A stretch of 64,000 bases of DNA from an uncultured Candidatus Saccharibacteria bacterium (GTDB lineage Bacteria > Patescibacteriota > Dojkabacteria > J137): contig OZ246402.1 of the NCBI GenBank assembly GCA_965230975.1, positions 509,009 to 573,008 of the forward strand, read 5' to 3'. This document shows, in pieces, positions 10,756 to 20,500 of the stretch (positions are counted from its first letter, which is position 1; each line of letters opens with the position of its first letter). A program made the translations under genes and the position numbers. The notes below the pieces were generated by a model that was given only the letters and a program-made list of their open reading frames with translations, was not told where the DNA came from and made no database searches.

Positions 10756-11166
10756 CTATTCATTATCCTTCCTGAAATAATACCCAATCACAAATCCCAG
10801 AGTTCCTAGAAATATGCCGGATAATAAAGGTAAAACACTTGTTAGATTATCAATTATGCTAACTTGCCTAATAATTCCATCTAAAACGCAAATGAAAATA
10901 CCTAGAATAAAAACTATAAAAGTAAATGTAGTGTAAAGTACTGCAAGTTTGCCCCTGGTATCTTCTTGTTTTTTTACAACATACTCAGTTGCTTCTTCTA
11001 AAATTTTGTCTGCATATGTTAAATCAGAAGAGGTTTGATCTGCTTGTATAGAATCATCAGGTGTATTTTCTAAATCTTGATCTTCTTGACCCTCTTCTAT
11101 AAATTTAATAAGTTCATCTGGGTCTACAAATTCAATACCGAATTTTTCATCTTGAGATTGAGGCAT
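10756..11166 (-). CDS. Two-TM membrane protein with acidic N-terminus
   Basis: Two hydrophobic helices ending in GFVIGYYF. Confidence 0.65.
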   Translation of the reverse strand: MPQSQDEKFGIEFVDPDELIKFIEEGQEDQDLENTPDDSIQADQTSSDLTYADKILEEATEYVVKKQEDTRGKLAVLYTTFTFIVFILGIFICVLDGIIRQVSIIDNLTSVLPLLSGIFLGTLGFVIGYYFRKDNE

Positions 11167-11167
11167 A

Positions 11168-11404
11168 TTAATTATCTAATTTAGATAAGGCTGTTATTAT
11201 GGACTCTTTTCCGCTTTGAGGCTCCCTTAAAACAATTTCTTTGTTAATTGATTGTTTTAAGAGCTCTATTGCAGAACAAATAACATCTAAAGATGAAGTG
11301 TTTAATTTATCTTTTAGAGTTTGTATTTCTTTAGCAATATCTTTACTAACAAGCATTACTTCTACATCTTTGTTTTTTATTGCTTGAATACTTTTTGATG
11401 TCAT
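11168..11404 (-). CDS. Small protein, possible ribbon-helix-helix regulator heading the operon
   Basis: Pattern VMLVSKDIAKEIQTL....SSLDVICSAIELL; first gene of a 4-gene minus-strand operon. Confidence 0.45.
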   Translation of the reverse strand: MTSKSIQAIKNKDVEVMLVSKDIAKEIQTLKDKLNTSSLDVICSAIELLKQSINKEIVLREPQSGKESIITALSKLDN

Positions 11405-11447
11405 TATTTACATGCTTTTATAAATAAACTATACTTTAAAGTATATC

Positions 11448-12113
11448 ATGAAAACAAAAGAGCTTATTAATACAAGAAGATTTTTAACATTAGATAAAAT
11501 TCTATTTGCTACACTTTTTTTAAGTTTATTGTCGGTAGTAGTTTTTTTGTTGTTAAAAACTTTTCAACAACCTGAAGTGTCGTTAGATAATAATCTTACA
11601 CAAACACAAAGGGAGTTTTTAACAATAGATAATCCAAGCCAAATAGTCAGCAATAGTGGAATTTATAATCTCCCTTCAGATTGGCAAGTTATATCCATTT
11701 ATAAAAACCCACAAGATTTTCCACTTCAGTGTGCAAGTTTGAGTGGGGTCAAATCTACAGAATGTGTGGTTTACGATATTACAAACGGAACAAATACTTT
11801 CTATGCATCTTTAAAAGAGCCATTGTTAAATGGAATTATTCCTTTGAATAGTGAGCTTACAACAAAATCAATAAAGTTTTTGGGTGAAAACAGAGATGTT
11901 TTTATGCAAGCACTTGCTTTAGAAGTAAGAACAGACGAGTCTGAAGGTGGTAAATCTGAACTATCTACAGAATCTTTTATTAGACAAGCTTATTTATGTT
12001 CTAGCGGAGAAGTTTGCTTTTCTACTGGAGATTTAGGACTTGATATTGAAGATAGTTCTAAATCATTGACTGCATTTATATCCTTTTTAGAAGGTATTAA
12101 ACTTCAAAAATAA
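11448..12113 (+). CDS. Membrane-anchored hypothetical protein
   Basis: Single N-terminal TM helix, LPSDW motif, paired cysteines. Confidence 0.65.
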   Translation: MKTKELINTRRFLTLDKILFATLFLSLLSVVVFLLLKTFQQPEVSLDNNLTQTQREFLTIDNPSQIVSNSGIYNLPSDWQVISIYKNPQDFPLQCASLSGVKSTECVVYDITNGTNTFYASLKEPLLNGIIPLNSELTTKSIKFLGENRDVFMQALALEVRTDESEGGKSELSTESFIRQAYLCSSGEVCFSTGDLGLDIEDSSKSLTAFISFLEGIKLQK

Positions 12114-12177
12114 TTGTTTGAACACTATTCAGTAATTGACTTATTTGTTGTAAACTTAAATAAAGTTAATTATTTAT

Positions 12178-12717
12178 ATGAACGAATTAGAAGCCTCTTA
12201 CTTTGTACAGCAGTACCCAACTTTTGTTGCAATATTTGTCTTAATGGTGGTTGTTATTGCAGTTTTATCTTCTGTAGTAATTATCCAAACCAGAAAGCAA
12301 CAGCTAAGACCAAAGTATGGCTTTTTAGGTAAACCTTTAGCTTTCTTATTTTTTGCTGTACTTGCAGTGGGTAGTATTAGTTTGGTTTATTACTCTACAA
12401 AAACTTCTCAAGATGTGGGTAATGTAAGTGCAGATAGAGAATTAAATTTAGTTATAAAAGATCAAAAAATTGAATCTAATGTTTATAGATTAAGTATATT
12501 ACCAAGTATTAACCAAGACACTTGGGGGTCTACAGAAAAATTCAATGTATATTGGACAATTAGCAATACAGAATCTTTTACAAGGGTAGAGCTAGATCTA
12601 TCAGAATCTAATCAGGGTGGTATAATTGTAGAATTGAAATCAGGTAAAAACATAATAAAAGCTGTTGTTTTTACAGAAGAGATGTCAAAAGAAATTACAA
12701 AAGAAATAATCCTTTAA
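12178..12717 (+). CDS. Two-TM protein with C-terminal Ig-like domain
   Basis: Two hydrophobic helices and LKSGKNIIKA beta-strand motif; stop overlaps the next start. Confidence 0.65.
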   Translation: MNELEASYFVQQYPTFVAIFVLMVVVIAVLSSVVIIQTRKQQLRPKYGFLGKPLAFLFFAVLAVGSISLVYYSTKTSQDVGNVSADRELNLVIKDQKIESNVYRLSILPSINQDTWGSTEKFNVYWTISNTESFTRVELDLSESNQGGIIVELKSGKNIIKAVVFTEEMSKEITKEIIL

Positions 12718-13748
12718 TGAACATAAATGCTATTAAAGATAAAATAAAATCTGCCAATAAGATTTTAATTTTACCCTCACAACCTGCAGATTTAGATTGC
12801 TTAACATCTGCCTTATCTATTAATTGGTATGTAAAAACTATCTTTAAAAAAGAAGATGTACGTATATATTCATTTTTTCAAATACCCGAAAAACTGGTAA
12901 TTTTTGATGATATTAATCAAATTGAACAAAAGTATTTAGATAATATTGATATTAGTGTTTACGATTTAATTATTGGAGTAGATGGAAATGGTTTTGATAG
13001 ATACTTAACCAATTCTTATCAAAAATTTGTATCTCAAGAAAGCTTGGTTAATAAATTTATTAATATAGATCATCATCAGCCCGATATAAATTCTCAATTT
13101 GATAGTGATTTAAATATTTCTGACCCAAGCGCATCATCTACAACTTTGGTAATTTTTAGAGACTTATTTAAAGATATAGAAATAACTAAAGAAGTTGCCA
13201 CCTGGCTTTATACTGGTATTTTAAGTGATTCGGGTAACTTTAGATGGAATATTAATGCAGAAACCTTAAGTGTTGCATCTCAGCTTTTAGAAAAGGGTGC
13301 AGATTACTTAAAAGCAGGAAATATTAATATCCCTATTAAAGAGATTGATTTTTCTGTATGGGCCATTAGTCATACCCAATACCTAACAGATTTACGCACA
13401 ACCGTTTTGTATATTGATAAAACTCATTACCAAGAGTTAGATAGTTTGTTTGGAGAGAAGTGGGATTTTAAAGATTTAGATAGGTACTATAAAAATTCTT
13501 TTTGCAAATCTATAGAAGGTTTTGATTATTATTTAATTTTAAAAGAAGATAAAAAAGCAGATAACGTTCGGGTAACTTGGAGAATGCGTGATTTGCCTGT
13601 TAAGCCAATTAATTTTGTAAGAATAATGCAAGATCTGGGATTTGATGCCGGAGGTCATTTAAATTCTGCAAGTGGCAGAGCATATGGTAAAAAAATATCT
13701 GAGGTTTGGGAAAAGCTTAAAGCTAAACTTGAACAAGAGATATTGTGA
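12717..13748 (+). CDS. nrnA: DHH/DHHA1 phosphoesterase (NrnA-like nanoRNase/pAp phosphatase)
   Basis: PADLD, VD, IDHH, GILSDSGNF, GGHLNSASG. Confidence 0.8.
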   Translation: MNINAIKDKIKSANKILILPSQPADLDCLTSALSINWYVKTIFKKEDVRIYSFFQIPEKLVIFDDINQIEQKYLDNIDISVYDLIIGVDGNGFDRYLTNSYQKFVSQESLVNKFINIDHHQPDINSQFDSDLNISDPSASSTTLVIFRDLFKDIEITKEVATWLYTGILSDSGNFRWNINAETLSVASQLLEKGADYLKAGNINIPIKEIDFSVWAISHTQYLTDLRTTVLYIDKTHYQELDSLFGEKWDFKDLDRYYKNSFCKSIEGFDYYLILKEDKKADNVRVTWRMRDLPVKPINFVRIMQDLGFDAGGHLNSASGRAYGKKISEVWEKLKAKLEQEIL

Positions 13749-14108
13749 TTAATAAACTTCGTCTATAGGGAATAATATTTCTTCAGTTTCTTTATTTATA
13801 ATCTTGATCGCAAATACAGGGCAAGATTGTGCAGCTGACAAGATAAGGTCATCTTCATCCCATGTTCCATCTTCAACTAGCTCTGCTTTGTTTTCTTCGT
13901 TCATAAAGAAGGTTAAAGGTGCAATTGCTGCGCAAGAAGCAGCACCTATGCATTTGTTTATGTCATATTCAACAATATAGTTACTTGTATCTGTTGTTGC
14001 CCTAAAGACCCCTTCTGAAATTTCTTCTATATGTATAGTTTGTCCTTTTGGTGTAACAGGTGCCTTTGCAGGGTTAGTATTTATTTTTGGCAAAGGTGTC
14101 GAGTTCAT
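13749..14108 (-). CDS. Single-cluster ferredoxin, probably [3Fe-4S]
   Basis: CIGAASC....P and AAQSCPVFAI; the second cluster Cys is replaced by Ala. Confidence 0.85.
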   Translation of the reverse strand: MNSTPLPKINTNPAKAPVTPKGQTIHIEEISEGVFRATTDTSNYIVEYDINKCIGAASCAAIAPLTFFMNEENKAELVEDGTWDEDDLILSAAQSCPVFAIKIINKETEEILFPIDEVY

Positions 14109-14232
14109 ATTTTGAAATTTATACGGTGCAATTATAGCTTAACTTTAGCCCTATAGTTAGTTTTTAATGTACTTTTTATAAAGCAGAGGGTATATTTTTA
14201 TGTCCAATAAAATTATTTATTATATTTACATA

Positions 14233-14607
14233 ATGAATATCTCCAGAATTGATGCAATTGAGTCCACTTTCTTTCCTGAAACTCTAAATTGCTACGGTAC
14301 AAAATACCCTGCCAGAATAGAAGAAAGAGATGGTTGTGATGTTTTGGTAATTGATGTAAGCCATGAACCAATAAGACCTAATACTCCTCAGAATGTACAA
14401 ATTGATAATTCGGCAAGGTGGCATATTAATAAAATATTAGAAGGAACTTATGATCGGTCAATGTTTGAGCTAGAGGTTAAAAGAAGAGATATACAAGTTC
14501 CCAAAGAGTCTAAATTTGATACTACTGTTTATAAGGCTATTGAATTTGAATATACTTTGAAAGCAAAACCAGTTAGCTCTGATGAATTGTTCCCGGCCGG
14601 TTGTTAA
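14233..14607 (+). CDS. Hypothetical protein, paralog of 14682..15134
   Basis: Start moved to ATG 14233, 6 nt after TATATT. Confidence 0.6.
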   Translation: MNISRIDAIESTFFPETLNCYGTKYPARIEERDGCDVLVIDVSHEPIRPNTPQNVQIDNSARWHINKILEGTYDRSMFELEVKRRDIQVPKESKFDTTVYKAIEFEYTLKAKPVSSDELFPAGC

Positions 14608-14681
14608 TTTTATAAAAGCAGTGTGTGGAATAACTTTAGATGATAGTGTTATACTCCAATACTTAAATATTAGTTAGTTTT

Positions 14682-15134
14682 ATGGCTAATCATAATGACA
14701 TGCTAGAACAAGGTTCCGGTGTATCTACTGAAATGGTATTGAATCACCAAGAGATACAGTCTCTTATTTCAGATTTAAGTACATCACTTAGTGAGGTAGA
14801 AATTAAAGGTGCCAAATATTCTGCAATAATTGCTCAAGATATTTCAAACCCTAGAGAAGTTTCAATTGTGTTTGATACTTCAAAACCTTTATTAAAGGCA
14901 GTGGACATACAAAGCTTGGTAGATTTAATTGAACAAACTGTTGATGATTTAATTACAGCTAAGTTTATGAAAAATGATAAGACTGGGAATCATACTTCTC
15001 GTTATTTTCGTAGAATTGAGTTATATAAGTCGCTTAAGCCTGATCGTAGTGGGTGTGAAAGATTAGAGTTTGTCTATAAAGCAGGTTTAGAAAATGAGGG
15101 TGATGATTTTACTGAACGTATTCACGAAGCATAA
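14682..15134 (+). CDS. Hypothetical protein, paralog of 14233..14607
   Basis: Shares G.KY.A.I, V.D.S, RR and EF.Y motifs with the upstream ORF. Confidence 0.6.
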   Translation: MANHNDMLEQGSGVSTEMVLNHQEIQSLISDLSTSLSEVEIKGAKYSAIIAQDISNPREVSIVFDTSKPLLKAVDIQSLVDLIEQTVDDLITAKFMKNDKTGNHTSRYFRRIELYKSLKPDRSGCERLEFVYKAGLENEGDDFTERIHEA

Positions 15135-15207
15135 TCTCTAAAAATTCTCTTTAATTTAGAATAACTCATTTGAGACTTAGCTAAAACAAGAGTAAAATAT
15201 CAAAGCT

Positions 15208-16773
15208 ATGAATACACCTACCGACAATAACGATGTAAGTAATCACAAATTAGAGCGAATTTTAGAAATGATTCCTGGAATAGCTTTGTGGATATTACTA
15301 TTATCTCCGCTTTGGGCTGGTGTTTCTTTCCCAATGTTTATTTTAAATGTATTTTTAATACTATCAGTTTACTGGTTATACAGAGCCTTGCTTACACCAA
15401 TAGGATTATTTTTTGGTTATAGAAAAGTTCAAGATGCGTTAAAAAAAGATTGGATGCAGGAGATTAAAAACTTGAGAAAAGAGGATTTACCAAATTCTGA
15501 AGAATTACCAGATGATTTGTTCCCAGGCTATTTAGTAGTTTTGCCTAACTATGGAGAAGAATATCCGGTATTACAAAGAACAATAAAGGCTTTAATGGAG
15601 CAAAATTACCCAAAAGAAAAGATTTATTTGTGCGTATCAATAGAACAAAGAAAAGCGTTAAAAGACCCAGTTTATGCAAATAGACTAAATTTATTAAAAG
15701 AAGAGTTTGGCGACTTTTTTAAAGATAGATTGTTTTTAACAGCTCACCCTGGAGATATACCTGGAGAGGTTCCTGGAGCTGCATCTAACAGAAGATGGGG
15801 TACTAAATATGCTGTAGAGCAATTAGAATCTATGGGTAAAGATATTTCAAAATTCTTAATTACTGCACCAGATGGAGATCTTGTATTTCATAAAGAGTAC
15901 CTAGCAGCTTCTGCATATAAATGGATTGTGAATGAAAAGCGAAATAGAAAGTTTTATCAAACAGCTTTATATACTTTCAATAATAACTATTGGGAAGTTC
16001 CAATCTTAATTAGAATAGTTGTAATTAACTTAACCTTGCCCGTACTCGCATCTTCCATTTTAGAGAAGCATAAAAGAGAGACTTGGTCTTGTTTTACTTT
16101 AAACCTGGATGTAATGAAAAAGGTGGATTATTGGGATCCAACATTATCTATAGATGACACACCTTTTTATTGGAGACCATTTGCATATTTTAACGGAGAC
16201 TGGGAATGTGAAGTATTTTTTATTCCATTAAGTGCAGATGCAATTTATGAAGATAACTATTTGCAAAATCACAAAGCGCAATACAAACAATATTTGAGGT
16301 GGGGTTGGGGAGTTATAACTTTTCCTTTGGCAATAAAATTATTAATCAAAAATAAAGAGATTCCAATGTGGTTAAAATTAGTAAAAGTTCAGCAATTATT
16401 CGAAATATTTGTTTTTTGGAAAGTTTTGGCATTTTTAATTACTTTAGGCATTCCAATAGTTCTTTTCTTAAATAGGGATTTAAGTAATTATGTTTATGCA
16501 TATACTTTCCCATCATTAGTCTCTTCAATAATGAGTTTGGCGGTTCTTGGAATGCTTCCTGCCTTATATTACAAAATTAAAATTGCACCACCCAAACCTG
16601 CAAATATGTCAAAAATAAAATATTTATTTTTGGTTGTAATAGAAGCTCCAATGAACATTATTACTCTTTTCACATTTAGCTTTTTCCCTTTCATAGTCGC
16701 AACAACAGGCATGATGTTGGGGCAAAGAGCAGAAAAAAAGATTAAGTGGTCAGATAAAAAACTTGCAAATTGA
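15208..16773 (+). CDS. Family 2 membrane glycosyltransferase (processive type)
   Basis: PNYGEE, DGD, IDD and QYLRWGWG (QxxRW) motifs; flanking TM helices. Confidence 0.9.
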   Translation: MNTPTDNNDVSNHKLERILEMIPGIALWILLLSPLWAGVSFPMFILNVFLILSVYWLYRALLTPIGLFFGYRKVQDALKKDWMQEIKNLRKEDLPNSEELPDDLFPGYLVVLPNYGEEYPVLQRTIKALMEQNYPKEKIYLCVSIEQRKALKDPVYANRLNLLKEEFGDFFKDRLFLTAHPGDIPGEVPGAASNRRWGTKYAVEQLESMGKDISKFLITAPDGDLVFHKEYLAASAYKWIVNEKRNRKFYQTALYTFNNNYWEVPILIRIVVINLTLPVLASSILEKHKRETWSCFTLNLDVMKKVDYWDPTLSIDDTPFYWRPFAYFNGDWECEVFFIPLSADAIYEDNYLQNHKAQYKQYLRWGWGVITFPLAIKLLIKNKEIPMWLKLVKVQQLFEIFVFWKVLAFLITLGIPIVLFLNRDLSNYVYAYTFPSLVSSIMSLAVLGMLPALYYKIKIAPPKPANMSKIKYLFLVVIEAPMNIITLFTFSFFPFIVATTGMMLGQRAEKKIKWSDKKLAN

Positions 16774-16859
16774 CCTGTTTAGTATTCTCTTGAATTAAAT
16801 TTTTAAACCATTTACTAAAGCCAAAGCCAAGGATGCTAAATACTTGAATGGTAAATAAA

Positions 16860-16939
16860 TATTAGGGTGGATAACTAGAGTGTTAAATAACCTGAATGTC
16901 AGAAAGCTTCAATGTCAGATAACTTCAATGTCAGATAGC
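16860..16939. repeat. Five degenerate 16-bp tandem repeats, consensus TTCAATGTCAGATAAC
   Basis: Units start at 16860, 16876, 16892, 16908 and 16924. The last three are near identical. Confidence 0.85.
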
Positions 16940-17229
16940 TACTTTGATATGACCAATTTAGTAAAATAATAGGCTCTTACAGTGCATAACACACCTCCCT
17001 TTTCTTAACCCAATATTAAGGTATACGCCAAAGGAGTGTACCAAATAAATAGCCTTCGAAACTTAACTTGCTAAAACCACTAACATATAAAGGTTTTTAA
17101 AAACTCAATAAATTAAAGTATACCAAAGTGAAAGAACAAAGGCGTATACCAAAACTTGAACATCTCATAAATAGTAAGAGACTCCCCAAGACTTATAAAA
17201 AATTCGAATTTTCAAACCTTGCAACTCAA

Positions 17230-17270
17230 ATAAGTCTTTTAGTTATCAGACATTGTCTTTATCTATATTT
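17230..17270. repeat. 41-bp exact direct repeat, copy 1
   Basis: ATAAGTCTTTTAGTTATCAGACATTGTCTTTATCTATATTT, identical to 17419..17459. Confidence 0.95.
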
Positions 17271-17418
17271 CGCAATATTGCGAAAATACTATATCAATTG
17301 AAAAAGTTTATAGCTCTTAATTTAGTAATTACAACAATTGATTTAGTCATCAGTAATCGCCTTGATTAATTACTATAAGACTTAGAAATTATAATTCGCT
17401 TCCAATAATATTATTAAT

Positions 17419-17459
17419 ATAAGTCTTTTAGTTATCAGACATTGTCTTTATCTATATTT
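17419..17459. repeat. 41-bp exact direct repeat, copy 2
   Basis: Identical to 17230..17270; period 189 bp. Confidence 0.95.
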
Positions 17460-17582
17460 TGCTGTAAGCAAAAACACTATGAGTCTTTAAAGAAAGGTAC
17501 ACCTCTAATATAATAAATAAGACGCATGTAAATTTAACTGCCAAAAATATTTCAAAAGATAGAATTTGATATAACATATAAT

Positions 17583-20500
17583 ATGCCATTTACACATCTT
17601 CACGTTCACACAGAATACTCCATGCTAGATGGAGTTAATAGAATCCCTAAACTTTTTGAACGTACAAAAGAGCTGGGAATGGAATCTATTGCCATGACAG
17701 ATCACGGAATGATGACTGGGTTAGCAGAGTTTTGGAAGCTTTCAAAAGACTTTGGTGTAAAGCCAATTATTGGTTGTGAGATTTATGTATCCCCTACAAA
17801 CAGAACAATCCGCGAAGCAGTTGAGGGAATAAAATATTACCATTTACTATTATTAGCCAAAGATTTAGAAGGGTACAGAAATTTAATAAAAATTGTGAGT
17901 ATAGGTCATTTAGAAGGGATGTACTATAAACCAAGAGTTGATAGAGAAACTTTGGCAAAATATTCAAAAGGTTTAATATGCACATCTGCTTGCATGGCCG
18001 GTCCATTATCAAGGCACATATTAAGAAAGCAGTACGATAAAGCCGAAGAGTGGCTACAATTTTTGAAGGCAACTTATGGTCAAGATTTTTATTTAGAACT
18101 TCAAAGACATGGGTTTGACGGTAGTGATGAATTAACTAAAGATGAACTTTCCCGACTTGATTCAGATGTTACAGAAGATGGTGGGGAAGAATCAATCGAT
18201 GCCTCAAGTGATCAAAAAATAATAAACCAAAAACTTAGAGAATACTCAAAAAAATACAATGTACCTTTAGTTTGTACAACAGACGCACATTATTTGTTAA
18301 AAGAAGATAGAGAGGTTCAAACCATTTTATTTGCAGTAAAAGATGGAAGACAAATTGCAGATGATGCATGTAGAAAAGGTTATGTCGGAACATACATAAC
18401 TTCACCTCAAGAAATGGATATTAAATTTAGTGATTGTAAAGAGGCGATTGAAAATACCATGGTCATTGCAGATAAAATTGAGCCGTTTTCAATCGCCCAC
18501 GATAGAGTTCAACCCAAATATTGGAACCTACCTAAAGACAAAACTGCAGAAGAAGAGCTAAGAATACAAACATTTGCCGGAGCTGTTAAAAAATATGCAG
18601 GTTCTGATTTACGAACTGGAAAAAAGGAAAAGGTAGAACAAAGTATAATTGATAAACTTCAAAAAGAGGTTTTATCGGGTGATTTGAAAAATGCAAAAGA
18701 ATTTTTAGGAAAAGATTTGGTAGAGAGATTAGATTACGAATTAAAAGTTATTCATGATAAAGGTTATGACGATTACTTTTTGGTTGTTTCAGATTTAATG
18801 AAATGGTCTGCAAGCCAAGGGATTCTAATGGGAGTAAGAGGTTCTGTAGCAGGATCTGCTGCTGCGCACTGTTTAGAGATTGTAGAGGTAGAACCAATAA
18901 AATGGGAATTATATTTTGAAAGATTTTTAAATCCAGAAAGACCATCTCCGCCAGATATAGACATGGATATTCAAGATTCCAGAAGAGATGAAGTAATAAA
19001 ATATGCAGAAGAAAAATATGGTAAAGAATCTGTGGCAGCAATTACTGCGGTTGGAAGATTTAAAACTAAAGCGGCAATTAGAGATGTTGCAAGGGTTATG
19101 GGTATAGACTTAAAAATTGCGGATAGACTATCTAAGATGGTTAAAGTTCACTTTGGTAAAGTTTACCCAATAGATAAAATGATTAAAGAAGACCCCGAGT
19201 TTGCTTCAATCATTGATGGTGACCCTCAACTGCAAGAACTTGCTACACACGTAAGAAAAATTGAAAATATGAGTAGGCACTCATCTGTGCATGCTTGTGG
19301 ACACTTAATTACACCTGGTCCAATTACAAATTATGTACCGCTTCAACTAGAAACCAAAGGTGCAGGAAGACAGGTGACTCAATTAGAAGGCCCTTGGCTT
19401 GAAGAGCTGGGATTAATGAAATTCGACTTTTTGGGTTTAAGAACTCTTACTATTATTCAAAAAGCTATTGAAATTATTAATAAAAAACATAATGCAGATA
19501 TAGATTTCTACACAATTCCAAATGACGATAAAAAAACTTTTGAGCTATTTTCTAGAGGGGAAACGATTGGAGTGTTCCAATTTGAGTCTCCTCCTATGCA
19601 ACAATACTTAAAAGAATTAAAACCAGAAACTCAAGAAGATATCTGCTTCTTGGCTGCAGCATACAGACCCGGAGCCATGGCTTACATCTCTGACTATATT
19701 AAAAGAAAACATGGAGAGCAGGAAACCCAATTCTTAGTGCCAGAAATGGAAGCGATTGTTGGTAAAACCTACGGTTTTGCTATTTACCAAGAACAAATCA
19801 TTATGATCGCAGTAAATATTGCAGGCTATTCCATGGGTGGTGCCGATTTATTAAGAAGAGCCATGGGTAAGAAAAAAATCGAAGTTATGCAAAAAGAGGA
19901 GGTTAAATTTAAAGATGGTATCAAGGCAAAAGGTTTCTCCGAAGAAGTTGGCAAAAAATTATGGGAATACCTTTTGCCGTTTGCAGATTACGGTTTTAAT
20001 AAAGCTCACGCCGCTGGTTATGCTGTTTTGGCATATAAATGCGCATACTTAAAAGCACATTATCCTCTTGAATTCATGACTGCTTTAATGCATTCAGACC
20101 TGGAAGATTTAGAAAGGGTAACAATCGATATACAAGAATCTAAAAGAATGGGTTATGACGTATTAGCTCCTAATGTTAATAAATCTGATATCTACTTTTC
20201 TACAGAAGGTAATAATGGAATTAGATTTGGTTTAGGAGCAATTAAAAATGTAGGTGTTAAGGTTTGTGAAAAAATTGTTGAAGAGAGAGAAGCTAATGGT
20301 CCATTCAAACATATGGATGATCTTGTTTTTAGAGTAGGGACTACAAATATTAATAAAAGATCTTTGGAAAGTTTGATTAAATCTGGTGCTATGGATGAGT
20401 TTGGTGACAGGAATGCAATGCTTCAAATAATGCCAGAGGTACTTGCAAAGGCAAATGTTAAAAAGAAGGTTAAAGATGAAGCTCAGGAGGATTTATTTGG

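Larger units (their letters stand above)
16800..17506 (-). ncRNA. Candidate large structured ncRNA (unassigned family; strand inferred)
   Basis: No long ORF. Duplicated modules with covarying stems, several long-range complementarities, and a TATATT box on the minus strand at about 17507-17512. Confidence 0.4.

Noticed and set aside
13746-13748. Alternative genetic code 25 (TGA = Gly)
   Set aside because: TGA ends genes cleanly (13748, 16773, 23940) and conserved genes are intact under code 11.
16858-16875. T-box-like ATTAGGGTGGATAAC
   Set aside because: Lacks the GGTGGNACC completion, stem I motifs and terminator. It is better explained as a unit of the 16-bp array.
17188-17480. CRISPR or TIGR array interpretation of the repeated modules
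   Set aside because: Only two units with a 189-bp period, and no cas or Nop-domain gene in the window. Kept as an unassigned structured element.
16780-17580. tmRNA, RNase P, SRP RNA or group I/II intron
   Set aside because: No tRNA-like ends, no GAGGAAAGTCC P4, no SRP loop and no intron domain V found by eye.
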